Shown one piece after another: positions 26,875 to 39,420 of a stretch of DNA of 64,000 nucleotides; within the stretch, counting starts at the first letter, position 1; every line of letters starts with the position of its first letter. Source of the DNA: Ostrea edulis (lineage: Eukaryota). The DNA lies in assembly GCF_947568905.1 (NCBI RefSeq), contig NC_079169.1, positions 33,542,001 to 33,606,000 on the forward strand, in the 5' to 3' direction. The position numbers and the translations under genes are program-made. The notes beneath the pieces are model-generated. The model did no database searches. It had not been told where the DNA came from and worked only from the letters and a program-made list of their open reading frames with translations.

Positions 26875-27409
26875 TTATCTTTGTTACGCAAGTGTTATGC
26901 AATTCATTTATGAAACTATATGCTTTTTATCAAATGAAACCTGATAAGTGCGCACTTATTGCGCCTGTTATAATAATCGCGGACGTACATTATCCCCAAG
27001 TGGTATGTATTATGCGGTATATGGTAGTATCTCTGTGTTCGAAGACGCAGAGGACTATGGGTCATATGTACAATGACCAACAGAGCCGTATTGGCGAGGT
27101 CGGGATGTTGCACTGACGTATAAGATTTTATTTGATATTAAACATATCTATTCAGATCATGCTTGGATATTTTAGCTAAGATATGACAATAATCTGATTT
27201 CAAATGGAAAGGTAAAATTGTGTGTTTAAAAGTGGCGAAGTAGCAATGTTCATACGACTCATTCTCTAGTCACTTTCTTTTCATTTGTAAAAATGAAAGC
27301 AATCAGCAATTACTTGTTTGTATGCTCCTTCATGTTCCGCGTTTAAGTGTACACAATTTGCTTTTACCCCATGTTTATACATAATATAAAAGTGTGGAGT
27401 TAGGGGCCT

Positions 27410-27670
27410 AGGGGTAGTAAGCATCCCCTGTCGACCTGTCACACCCGCCGTGAGCCCTATATCTTGATCAGGTAAACGGAGTAATTCGTAGTCAAATTAT
27501 GTGTACCAAAACAGCCTAACAATGAGTATGAAACACATCAGACAGTAATTGACGCAATGCAATAGGGTGTCTTGGCAAACTACCGGTAGATCATTATAAG
27601 CCCACAGAATTTGCGAAATGCTGACTCTAAGCCAGACTATTGAAACCCCTGTGACATCAACTTGTTTGTC
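27410..27670 (-). mobile_element. Penelope-like element 3' fragment
   Basis: Same shared sequence as 37120-37410. Confidence 0.7.
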
Positions 27671-28349
27671 AGTTCATACATAATATGCATGTACCTCATG
27701 TTTCGATAATTATAATATACGTTTTCCTTGCTGTAGCACATGTACACTCCATTTTTGATGTTATTCACATATCGGTACTCGCCTCATTTGTATGAAAATG
27801 GAATGACTTCCGAAATACCGGATAGGGTAATCGAAGTAACAATTTCATTGGCCAATGCAAAGTTCACCAGAACACAATCTCTGATGGGGAGGTATCAGAT
27901 CCTATATATTTATAATATAGGTATGTACCTTAGTCAGATTGCCTCAAGTGTACACTTATATTTATGATAATACTCACTTTAATGATCCTCAAAAAGTGAA
28001 AAGAAAAACCACGTAAATTTGAACAAGAAAAGAATGAAAAACAAATTTTAAAAAATCACAAATAAATGAAAAAGAAGGGAACAAACCAGAAACACCCCAC
28101 CCCCGATAATAGGAAGATTTTAACTTGTACGACAATTTTCAAAAACACTATAATGATTGACAAATGATAATTTCTTTCCCAGTTTTAAAGAACAATAAAT
28201 GCTAATTAATGAAAGCACTCCTAATTGCCCCCCCCCTTTCAACGAACAATTGTTGCTTTTTCCCCTCCCCTTTTTAGTCTACCAGAGTTTTGCTTTCTGG
28301 CATCTAACAGACACATCTTATACATACATGTAGTTAAGGAGGCTTCGAT

Positions 28350-28830
28350 CAAGATTTTGAAATTAAATTCCCCTGGATCAGGGGTTCCGGTGCTAGGGTT
28401 AGACCCGATGGCGCATTTCAATTTCTGTTAAATCTCGATTTCTATACATGTATATCAATGATTATTTGTTTGACATCCCTTTGAGGATCTTTTTGTCCCC
28501 CGCCGCAACGCGGTAGGGGATATAGAAATACCGGTATCCGTTCGTCCCACTTGACTTTGTGGACGCAACCTTTCCAAAACCGCTCAAACGAATTTTGTTC
28601 AAATGTTGTAGGATTGTTAGTCACCATATGTACATGTAGTTAATCATATTGCACCGCCATTATGATTCGACAAATGTTACAGGAGTTATGGGACTTTGTC
28701 AAAATTTGTACATGCTACATTATAGGAAAACTTTGTGGACGTATCTCTCCAGAGATCGCTCAACTGATTTTAATCAAATTTTGCAGGATTATTAGTCATC
28801 ATATTTAGTTGATGGTATTGCGCCATCAAT
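28350..28830. mobile_element. Helentron/Helitron-like non-autonomous fragments
   Basis: tttttgtcccccgcc...gggg terminal-type motif and about 165-bp related subrepeats (aaactttgtggacg at 28555 and 28730). Confidence 0.45.
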
Positions 28831-31298
28831 TTTATTTGACGCTCGAAGGGCGTTATAGTAGATTTGATCACGTACCAACTTCATGTCATATCCCAATAAC
28901 ACTCAAAAATGATATTTTATTTCTTATATTTATATTTTCTATTTTGATTTTTGTTCTTACATAGCTTCCATGATTATGGAGCAGATGACCGAAATAACGA
29001 TCGTAGAACACAAAATATAGTTCGTTAAAGCTTTATCGAATAAATAATTAGGAACAATATCTAAGAGAATATAAAGTATAGATGTTTAATTAAGAATGTT
29101 TAAAAGACGAAACAAGGGTAAAATAAAGGTAATTTAGAGCGTAAAGTTAACTTAATTGAAGACAAGAAGAGCGGAGTAAACTACATCCGTAATGTGATTT
29201 GGTCGCGATCAGCGATGGAGAAACCAGCGTTAGCCTAGCCTACTAAGTTGAAAACGCAATTGTTGAACACAAATTTCGACAGAAATTCAAAGGATATGAG
29301 AGAATTGATGGAGGATATGATGGGTCAAGTTAACGTTAAGCTCTTAATCAGGTTTTTGGATTGAAACAACGGCATGTTCATCGTTAGGACTCGCGGTTGT
29401 AGCCATGTATGAGACAGTAGGACAGATTTAGACGAGGTAGGTTGCTTCTTTTATTTAACTTCAGTGTGTTGCCCGGAAACAACAGGTTAACTGATCACGT
29501 GTCCAATTTCATGTTACAAGAAATTGAATGTCAATTTCATTAGTACTGTCATATAAGGAAGTGCATTGTCAAATGTAAATATTTGTATTTAGACGTCACC
29601 AGTTTCACTCATATTGAGATGTCACCAGCTGTAGGTAAAGTTGCACAAATGTAGACATATCTGGGCCGTATCAGTGAATGTTCTTTAACATGCCAACGCC
29701 TACTGCGAGACGCAATCTCCGTTCTTTAAAAGGCCATATCCAACTAGCAGCAGATCCGTAGCACTCTAGGAAAATATTGGGACAGACCACAGAGATCACA
29801 TATCCACAGCTTATAGAAATATTCATTTTACGGTGCAGAACAAAACGTGCACGTTTGAGGCCTTATATCGTTGTCTATATTTTTACAATTTAATCTAAAA
29901 AGTCCTAACATATTTTCCCTCTATGCGTTTGTCGAAACATGCCTTCAAATATTCATCAAACCCCCATACGATCCAAAACTTTACAGCTTCAAATGATCCC
30001 ATTTATTGACGTAGCCATATGCATGTTAGGTAGCCCGTGAAACCGTTTATCTGAGTCTATTGGGCATGTTGTTATGAAATACATGTATTCATATCATGCA
30101 CCAAATTACAGAGTTTAGAATATCTTATTTGCAAACAAAAGACCCTTTTTTATCATTCCTGAAAAAATGACAAAAATTCATATAAAATAACTGAGAGCGT
30201 GTATTACTACTGCGATGATGAAATCATGCTTCACACGAGGTGCTTAAACGAGCCATTAAATAAAATTTTGTGTGATGAGCCACCTTAAAAAAATACTCAT
30301 TGAATAAACACTTTACTTTTTGCTGTATATCCTTGGGAAATCATTTTTGTGATATGTTCATGTATCAACCTAAATGTCCTGTTGACATAAAAAAAACAAC
30401 AACCCACAACGCCCAATTTCCTCGATTGATTTCGGACATCGGCGAGCACAGACGGAAGAACTTGTACAATAAAGCGGGGAAAACCGCCCGTCACTCGGAC
30501 AAGACGCCATCTATCTTATCGTGCTTGTGTTAGATAAGACGATGTGGTGTATTATCAAATCATAATAGAAACGACAGTTGTATTTGAATTTACCATTAAG
30601 GAAAATATGAACAAACACGCATGCATTGTGATATTCCTGTAGTGCGAGGTGTTCTATTTCCCAATGGAATATAATGTACCACCCAAAATCATTCTTCAAA
30701 GTTCTTAAGCCTATCGTATTTCAAAGCGCTGACAAATTCAAGATGACAGAAAAGATTTATAAATTTTAACTCTGATATGATAACTTATGCCCCTCTTCAG
30801 TCTGTGTATTCCTGCTTCCGTGTTTGCAGTTCTGGTAGATCAAAGCATATATCAAGTGTCAAGTACAGCAAATACCGTAATTCAAGACACAAAGAAAACA
30901 AAAGGGCTATGCTATCTGACTTGGTTTTTCTTCTACTTCAAATTATTGATTCGTATAACTGAAAGTAAAGTAAAAGAGCAAGTTAAAAGGCGAACAATTA
31001 GCGGACGGGGTTTACAACCACAGCGGACTGATCCTGAAGCTATTATGTAGTACAATACGAAAAACAAAATCATAGAGTAGGGGGGGGGGGCATACAATTT
31101 ATCTGTGACAATTTAACATGAAATTCTGATAAACAAAATGACAATGAGACCTACGAAACTTGTTGTTCAAACCTTTGCGTACATCTTTAAAATTTTTTGT
31201 AAATATCATATGTAGAAACATTTTATTTAACCCTGATTTAAGAACAAATGCTTGAATCTACCTTAATGGTGCATGTAAGTTAACCAAGTACATGCAAT

Positions 31299-31494
31299 TT
31301 AACCAATCACTCCGCCTGGATTTCCAATAATTGTTTCTTCTTCTAAGTTCAATTTGTAACCAGAAAATGTACAGTACATTTGATCTGAGGCACCATAGTA
31401 TGAGTTAGTAGATTGTCTAGATTTTATGAATACTGTATCACCAGAAATTAAATCAAGCACTGGCCGGCCGAAAATGATATTTCCGACAGGGAAT
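31299..31494 (-). pseudogene. Deleted and frameshifted remnant of C1q domain 3 of copy A
   Basis: VLDLISGDTVFIKSRQSTNSY...IGNPGGVIG is out of frame with the splice acceptor; 241 nt missing relative to copy B. Confidence 0.85.
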
Positions 31495-34400
31495 CTGTAA
31501 ATATCGGTAGGAATAACGTAGATTAAATCAGTATTATACAAAATGAATATGTTAAATATACATGTATGTATAACACTACACATTTCAGATGAAATACATG
31601 TAATATATCAGAAATTTTGTATTGACTATTGAAAATCTAAATCTTTTAGGTTTACCGTCTAAATTGTGTGTAAGCGGTGCCAACATATTTCCTGAGAATG
31701 TGGTGTAAACCTGGTTTGTACTTCCAAAGAGATCCACTGGGATTTTGTTTCTCGTCTTGACGTAAACTTGGTCACCTGAAAAAAGGTGTAGTATAACGGT
31801 ATTGCCAGCATCCGCATATCCAGACTCTGTGTGGCCCCAAGCGGAAGTGACGTAGTCATGGTTGTGGTACAACTCCAGCCATACAGTCTGTATAAAAACT
31901 TGCACGTTAAACTGATGAAATTGAATTCTTATGGGAATGATACACTCCCCATTGCAGACGTATTAAGATGGTGGCATAATTCACCCCCTTCCCTTCTGTC
32001 CAAAAGATCTTGGTTCAAGGTCAAGATACAGCATGAAAACATGAAGATAATGAACAATGATCAATCTCATAACAACTATAAAAGAACTCAAAATTAAGAG
32101 CAGGACAAACACAGATCCCTGGACATACCAGAGGTGGGATGAAGTGTCTAGTATGTGTTTTTAACCAACCTTTGTGGCAAGTGCGAGATAATGTCTCTCC
32201 ATTACAAAATAAATTACACCTTTCTTTTTATATGTGACCTCGACTTTGGTCCATTGGATGAGGTTCAGAGTCTTAATATCATCTGGCCATGAGAAACTAT
32301 TTTTGCCCCAAAAGTGTTTCCATACTTTGTTTTCAAACCATAGCAATGTGGCTACAGGAAAGTTTACTAGCTGGTATTATAAAGCATGAATGAATATCAA
32401 TTTGCAAAATCGAAATTGAGAAAAGATATAATTCATAGTTTACAACCAAAAATCATTCCAATATTGCATCCTTTTACCAACGTTCTTTTGGAAATACTAT
32501 CAACACAAAATTGTGATTGTGTCCGGCACCTAAGCGGTTTTTTTGACACTGTACTTTCCTTAATGAACCATATGTTTTCCATCTTCCTTTCCTGCTATTA
32601 TCAACTACACAGCATTGGACGCATGCGTTACTTTATAGACGGAGATGCCTGCAAGCCATTTTAAAATATGCAGTCTTGTGTGGTCGCACATAAACTATGG
32701 AAATGCTTTCTTCCATGGGCTTAGAATAGGTCCTCAGTACCCCTTGCTTGTTGTAGTAGGCGACTAAATTGGGCATTCCTTCGGATGAGACCAAACACAC
32801 CAACGTCCCATGTCACAGCAGGTATTGCACGATAAATATCCCCCATAAGGCCGTAAGTGGCGAGCATAGGTATAAATTTTGCAGCCGTGTATGGCCATTG
32901 AGCAGGGAGGGATCTTTACCGTGCCACACCTGCTGTGACACGGGACCTCGGTTTTTGCGGTCTCGTCCGAAGGACCGCCCCATTTAGTCGCCTCTTACGA
33001 CAAGCAAGGGGTACTAAGGACCTATTCTAATTCGGATCCCACAAATATGGATCTCTGCGTAGTGTTTTGGGCCGTAGCAGTGTGGTTCTTAGACATGCCA
33101 AAGCCGGCCGCGACACAGGATCTCTGTTTTTAGGGTCATACCTGCGATTGTGACATCTTAGGTTTGATAGGGACATAGCACGAGCAGGGCTCGAAATCAC
33201 GACCTCCCGGTTACGAAGCGAACGCTCTACCACTGAGCTACCGCTACCGGCAACCTTACCTTATTGTTTTGAGCAAGTCCATGATAATGAAATATGTATG
33301 TCCCATCTAGTGGAGCCGTGAACACTCCAGTCCGTGAGTTGTAGGCGCTGCTCGCCAAGATGATATCGTTATACAATACGATTTTCCCATTTGCTGCATG
33401 CACACGATGGTCAAGTCCCACCGAAAACGACACTTTTTTATATTCATATTCTGCACACAAAAAAAAAAAAATCATATGTATCATTTAATTCGAAATAGAG
33501 TGGAAAATACGGAACATGAAAACACTATTTTGTTCTCGATTCCATCACTGTTGTAATATTTAGTATGTCCAAGGCGATCTCGATCGTTCTGACCAAACCT
33601 TAAAATCGCTCAGAAGTTTAATTCACCCGTTAAACCCTATATTTCCACTATAATTCTTCATTGATAGAAAATCAGTGACCAATCAATATAATCGATCATT
33701 ACATGTAAAAATAAACGAATTTTGTATCTAATAATGCCGGTATAAGTACGTTCTCAAGAAGAGTGCGGGGATCCCCCTCCTTTTACTATTTGCCTGGAAA
33801 TCGATGCATGCAATGTGGTTTCTTATGATATCGTGGTCGGTTGTTATAATATATCCACATAAGGTAGAGGAAATGCACGGTGCTGTAAATTGTTTTTGTT
33901 GCCTTCCGCTACCAAACATCGAAAATTCAATTTAATAACTCCTGTTTTTGGCACTCCGATATTCACTTAAAACATTTTACTAATAATCTTTAAATCGGGC
34001 AGATATTTTTGTATCAGAACTGAAATTTTCTTAGCCAGCACTCATTTATATACAAGAGTTTCCGAAGTGAAACATTCTGAAGAGTTTCAATGTTTTATAG
34101 AATGACATATATCATCTAAATACAAGAATCTGCACGACTAAGACGCGTCCTTTTATTGTTCTCTTGATAAGGAATGAGCAGATGACGCCGTTAGCAGTAT
34201 ATCACAATTTCTTCGTAAATATACTTTTAACTTTAATGACTCTCTAACTGGCTACGAAACGCCCCACCTACCGATAACATCAGAAGATAGTAGAATTCCA
34301 GTAAATGTCGTATAGATTTGGTTGTCTGTTCCGTAAAGAGTCGTGTTATGTGATGAGTGAGTTCGTATAGTCACATGATCATTTGTATTCAAATGAAGCA

Positions 34401-35671
34401 GAACCGAATTTCCGGCATCTGCGTAACCATGTGACGTATATCCATATGTGGAACAGATGTAATTTGTGTTCTTGTACAGTTCTATCCAAATTCTGCTTTG
34501 AGTGTGAGCCAGGGAGAAGAAATGGAAGGCATAAATCCCAGGGTTTTTGCAAATGAAAGAACCTTGAGGGTCAAAGGTCGCTGAGTTATTTGTGATGACC
34601 TTGTTATATGCTATCTGCTCTCCGTGACTGAGGTAAAGGTGGCTGGTCTGGCCCAGTGTAAACGCTACGTTGTCGGAACTCTGACATAACACTGAAAGGG
34701 GAAATACGTTATCTGCACACAGATAGACAACACATGCAACCACATTTTTACATTCACCAATGTTTGTCAACGATATATCTGATATAGGAAGTCTTGCATA
34801 CGTCAGTGACTTTCATTCTATAGAAAGTTATAGGGAAAGTAAAATATATACATTTGTTTTCAATCATTTTACAAAAATAGATTTAAGGCATAAATATCTT
34901 CGTTGTTCGTTTTATGGGAGGTACATAAACGGTGAAAGCATGGATCAATATCTGCATGATCAGCCTCACCGATTGTACAACTTACCACTATACTTACATT
35001 GTTTACAGCCTCACCGATTGTACAACTTACCACTATACTTACAATATTTACAGCTTCATCAATTGTACAACTTACCACTATATTTACAATGTTCACTGCT
35101 TCATCAATTGTACAACTTACCACTATATTTACAATGTTTACAGCCTCACCAATTGTACAACTTACCACTATACTTACAATGTTCACTGCTTCATCAATTG
35201 TACAACTTACCACTATATTTACAATGTTTACAGCCTCACCGATTGTACAACTTACCACTATACTTACAATGTTTACAGCCTCACCAATTGTACAACTTAC
35301 CACTATACTTACAATGTTCACTGCCTCACCAACTGTACAATTTACCACTATACTTACAATATTTACAGCTTCATCAATTGTACAACTTACCACTATATTT
35401 ACAATGTTTACAGCTTCATCAATTGTACAACTTACCACTATATTTACAATGTTCACTGCTTCATCAATTGTACAACTTACCACTATATTTACAATGTTTA
35501 CAGCCTCACCGATTGTACAATTTACCACTGTATATACTCCCACAAAGCCAACAACCTAGATATGTATAACGCTTGCATGAAGTGATAAGATATATATACA
35601 ATATTGGAATTTTTAACACCGTTACCTGCATTTGATAGCAATACCAAGAATATGTGCATTTTGTCCTTCAT
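31448..35671 (-). CDS. Secreted multi-C1q domain protein, copy A (311 aa predicted; two intact C1q domains, third lost)
   Basis: Exons 35671-35626 (signal peptide MKDKMHIFLVLLSNA), 34691-34272, 33450-33260, 31887-31656 and 31494-31448. All introns GT-AG with consistent phases 1,1,0,1; same exon lengths as copy B except the last. Confidence 0.85.
32724..33245. mobile_element. Inverted pair of SINE bodies plus a tRNA-derived SINE head (minus) in intron 3 of C1q copy A
   Basis: Arms at about 32724-32885 (+) and 32893-33030 (-); head with A and B boxes, ggtagctcagtggtagagcg...ttcgagccc, at about 33180-33245. Confidence 0.8.
34961..35530. repeat. 45-bp minisatellite, about 12.5 units, in intron 1 of C1q copy A
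   Basis: cttcatcaattgtacaacttaccactatatttacaatgtttacag tandem units. Confidence 0.92.
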
Positions 35672-36419
35672 ATTTCTACGTGTTCTTCTGTGTAAATGCT
35701 CTTGATCATAGATAAGGTTATTCTGATAAATGTGTCTTATCTTTTCAGAAGGAAATGTGGACACGTAGATTCGGAATGAAAACCCTTATTTAGTTGGATA
35801 TCTTTTTAAGATTGATACATTAGAACTTTCGAGATATTTGGGATTCTGTTGCATATATCATTTTATATGATTCTTTCCCCCCCAGATATCATGTGCTCCA
35901 CATCTAAATGGTATGTCAACAACGGCAACACCCTTGAGATTTTAGATCAATAGGAATTCATTAATTAGTAATCTTATCCGACAAAATTTCAATACAATAA
36001 CTTATTAATCTTCTAATGTTGTCTACTCGATTGAATCTAACATTTGTAGACTGATTTACAGAAACAAAGGAGTCACTAAAGGATAAAATATCTGTGCAAT
36101 GATAATGTGAAAGATGTTGAAGTCCACCTGGAAATAGTGTGAACGAGATAGGTTTTACAGTACGGAAGACGTAGGCGTGGTCATGGAAATCATTCATGCA
36201 AAATAATAAGTATGCACGATGTTTTATTTGAAACAAACAATTAAGTATTCATCATATTTGCAGAAAACTTTACTGTGTTCCTTTGAAAGTTTTAAGCAAG
36301 TTATTTGAAGAATCCAAATCAGACCCATGATTCGATTTTTCAACACTATATCACAGACATAATTCTATGATTATGGATGCTGCCCATCACAGTCTATCTA
36401 AACCACCAGAGGTTATAGA

Positions 36420-36448
36420 TTGATTTTATCTTGCTTAACGTCTCGCTT

Positions 36449-36480
<32 letters not shown>

Positions 36481-36710
36481 AGACCGATGAAGGGCTTCAG
36501 ATTTAGGCCTATACTCGGCGCTTACGGCCATTGAGCAGTGTGCAACACCTACAGTGACACGGGTCATCTGTTTTTAAGGTCATCTCCAAGAACCCGTGAC
36601 ATTCACACCTGATGCCGAGCGTTTGGCGATGGAACTGTCACTACCTGTTTTAACGACTTAGGTCTGTCGCGGCCGGGATTCGAACCCCGGCCTTCCGCAT
36701 GCGGGGCCAG
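36420..36710 (-). mobile_element. tRNA-derived SINE
   Basis: Similar to 63360-63680; partial tRNA-like head at the right end. Confidence 0.8.
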
Positions 36711-36842
36711 GTTATAGATGATAATCCTTCCTAATATAGATGTATGAGATTGATCAATGTTTGTTATCTCCACTTTTCGTTTAAAATTAATAGTTATGTT
36801 AGATAAAAAAGTTTTGGTTTACAAATCCCTATAATAACATTG

Positions 36843-37100
36843 AAAGGTGAAGATAACGAACAGTAATCAGTCTCATAACTCCTATAAAGGTGAAGATAAC
36901 GAACAGTAATCAGTCTCGTAACTCCTATAAAGGTGAAGATAACGAACAGTAATCAGTCTCATAACTCCTATAAAGGTGAAGATAACGAACAGTAATCAGT
37001 CTCATAACTCCTATAAAGGTGAAGATAACGAACAGTAATCAGTCTCATAACTCCTATAAAGGTAAAGATAACGAACAGTAATCAGTCTCATAACTCCTAT
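36843..37100 (-). repeat. Six tandem copies of the 43-bp 3'-terminal sequence of a Penelope-like element
   Basis: Units start at 36843, 36886, 36929, 36972, 37015 and 37058; single copies of the same sequence end other fragments (about 54470, 60575). Confidence 0.9.
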
Positions 37101-38630
37101 AAGTTATACAAATTAGAGAATTGGGCAAACACAGACCCCTGGCTACACCGGAAATGGGAACAGATGCCTAGGAGGAGTAAGCATCACCTGTCGACCTGTC
37201 AAACCTGCCGTGAGCTCTATATCTTAATCAGGTAAACGGAGTTATCCGTAGTCAAAATCTGTGTGCCAAGAACGGCCTAATAATCAATATGAAACAAGCC
37301 AGACAGCATTTGACCTAATGATAGGTTGTATTGGCAAACTAGATTGTTGTAACGATCATAGTATTTGGGAAATGCCGAGTTTAAACGAAACTGTTGAAAC
37401 CCCTGCACCATCTACTGGGAGATTTAAGGGAGTACAGTCTGCGCCCCCTACATTTTTCATAATGAAGGTAAACCATGCGTGGTATCTTGTTTCGAAAACT
37501 GTAGACGATAAAAGAAGCAATAATTTTTTCCACTCTCGGAGAAATGAATGACAAAATCTTTTGATTTATTGAAAAACTTTTATTGGGAGAACTTACAATT
37601 TTTCCAAAACCCCTTAAAATGTGTCATTTAATTAATTTTACGTTATCAAAAATGACAGAAAATAATAGAAATGACTACTTAGGAGACATATTTCAAGACC
37701 TATAAAATCTGTAAAATCCAGGAACTTCCGGGAGCTTCGCTCCCTGGGCCCCCCAACAGGGCTTCGCCCTGGACCCTCTGGGGGCCTCAAGGCGGCCCCC
37801 AGAACCCCTGCCTCATAAACGTGCGCCCACTAACCGTAACCCCTGGATCCCACTCTGTCATCAACTTGTTTGTCAGTGGCCTGCTTCGATTTAAAAACTG
37901 ATCATACGCAAAACAAGCTCTTGAATACCAAATTAGTTGAGAGATATAAACACCATATACAGGTGATAATGGAATATTGCTACATAAATATGGGATGTTC
38001 TGAAATCATCCCGTTTATCGTAAAGTTGACTTCTTAGTTTGCCGTTAATATCTATTTTCAATGAAATATCTAAGTATGAAGCAGAAATGGACGACTCTGT
38101 GGTGACTTTTATTTCAAGTTCACAAGGATGTATTGAATAGACATATGAATGAAAATTATTATTATTAATAGATATTTAATAGATACGTCGTCGATATATC
38201 TAAATGTCGCATTGAAGGCCACATCAAGAGATTTTTCTTCTTCCGTAGAAGTTATGTAATAAATTCTGCTTCAAAAGAATATAAAAACAGGTCAGCTAAC
38301 AAAGGAGCACAATTTGTTCCCATGGGTATTCCAACAGACTATTGGAAGGCCTGATCATCAAAGATTACGCAGATATTGTCAATGAGGAACTCTAGCATAA
38401 TTTTAATTACAACTTCAGAGTACTTGTGCGTGGAATCAGAGTGGTGTTTAACAAAGTAATGATCACTAGATATGAATATTTCCGTATTCCATTTTTGTTG
38501 AAGAAGAAACTGTCTGTGATGTCAAAAAGTCTAGTCTTTAAATCGTGAGGAATGGTCGTGTAAAGTGTTGAAAAGTCATACGTTTTGATGTTGTTGATTT
38601 GAGAAAAGCTTTGCGACTTCAAGTTCACTG
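36843..38630 (-). mobile_element. Penelope-like retroelement, degenerate RT and 3' end, interrupted by a GC-rich MITE-like insert (about 37411-37858)
   Basis: Minus strand: KTYDFSTLYTTIPH, VGIPMGTNCAPLLADLFLYSFEAEF, YIDD-like region and C-terminal PLSP.YG.YISQL remnants. Confidence 0.85.
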
Positions 38631-38634
38631 TATA

Positions 38635-38861
38635 CCGTATAACGGTTTTTTCCGCGGGTCTAAAATTTGGCAATTTGCTGGCTCAAAGGTATGCTAATAA
38701 TTTTAGCGGAATAAATTTTTGCGGAGAAAGAAGAGTTATCTCTCTTGCAAGTACTGAAGTAGCCATTGGGTGCATATTTGGCGAGTGAAATTTTGGCGGA
38801 AAGCTATCTGACCGCTAAAATAAGCCAAATCTAGCACCCCGCGAAAAAATCCACTATACGG
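38635..38861. mobile_element. MITE with TA target duplication (Tc1/mariner-like)
   Basis: TIRs ccgtataacggttttttccgcggg / ccccgcgaaaaaatccactatacgg, flanked by TA on both sides. Confidence 0.8.
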
Positions 38862-39149
38862 TATAAGCCGGTGACGGTAGTACATGTATATATTACGGTC
38901 ATCACAAAATGGCAGCTGACCTCATCGTTAAGAACTCTATAATCACATTTCCAAACGATTGACTATTCATTTGCATCATCTTAGAATAATTATCAGTATC
39001 CATTGGAGTATTCTTAATGTTAGTCACTTAAGTTTTCTCCAAATCAAGCCTATTTATTGATAAAACGACAGTTTTGTAGTATGATGACTGTAACAAACAA
39101 TGTTTATCGTTTTAATGAAGACCGTAATTATGAATTTGATGACAATATA

Positions 39150-39420
39150 TCAGGTGCCTAGGAGCGGTAAGCGTCCCCTGTCGACTGGTTACTCCCGCCG
39201 TGAGCCCTGTGTCCCAATCAGGGAAACAGAGTAATCCATAGTCAAAATAAATGTGTACAGAACGGCCTAACACTTGGTGTAAAACACGTATTTGACTTAA
39301 TGACAGGTTGTATTGTCAAACTACATCGATATAACGACCATAGAAATTGCGAAATGCTGATTTTGTACGAAAACAATTGTATGAAACCCATGCAACATGA
39401 ACTTATTTGTCACTAGCCTG
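39150..39420 (-). mobile_element. Penelope-like element 3' fragment
   Basis: Shared 3' sequence; LNRGRLVTNKFMLHGF remnant. Confidence 0.7.

Noticed and set aside
30787-31050. Possible plus-strand exon after tttgcag
   Set aside because: No recognisable domain and no partner exons
33175-33245. tRNA gene candidates (also near 5800, 54030, 57350, 58420, 63610)
   Set aside because: A and B boxes are present, but acceptor stems are incomplete and they join SINE bodies
34760-35585. Four overlapping ORFs of 186-269 aa
   Set aside because: Products of a stop-free 45-bp minisatellite lying in a C1q intron
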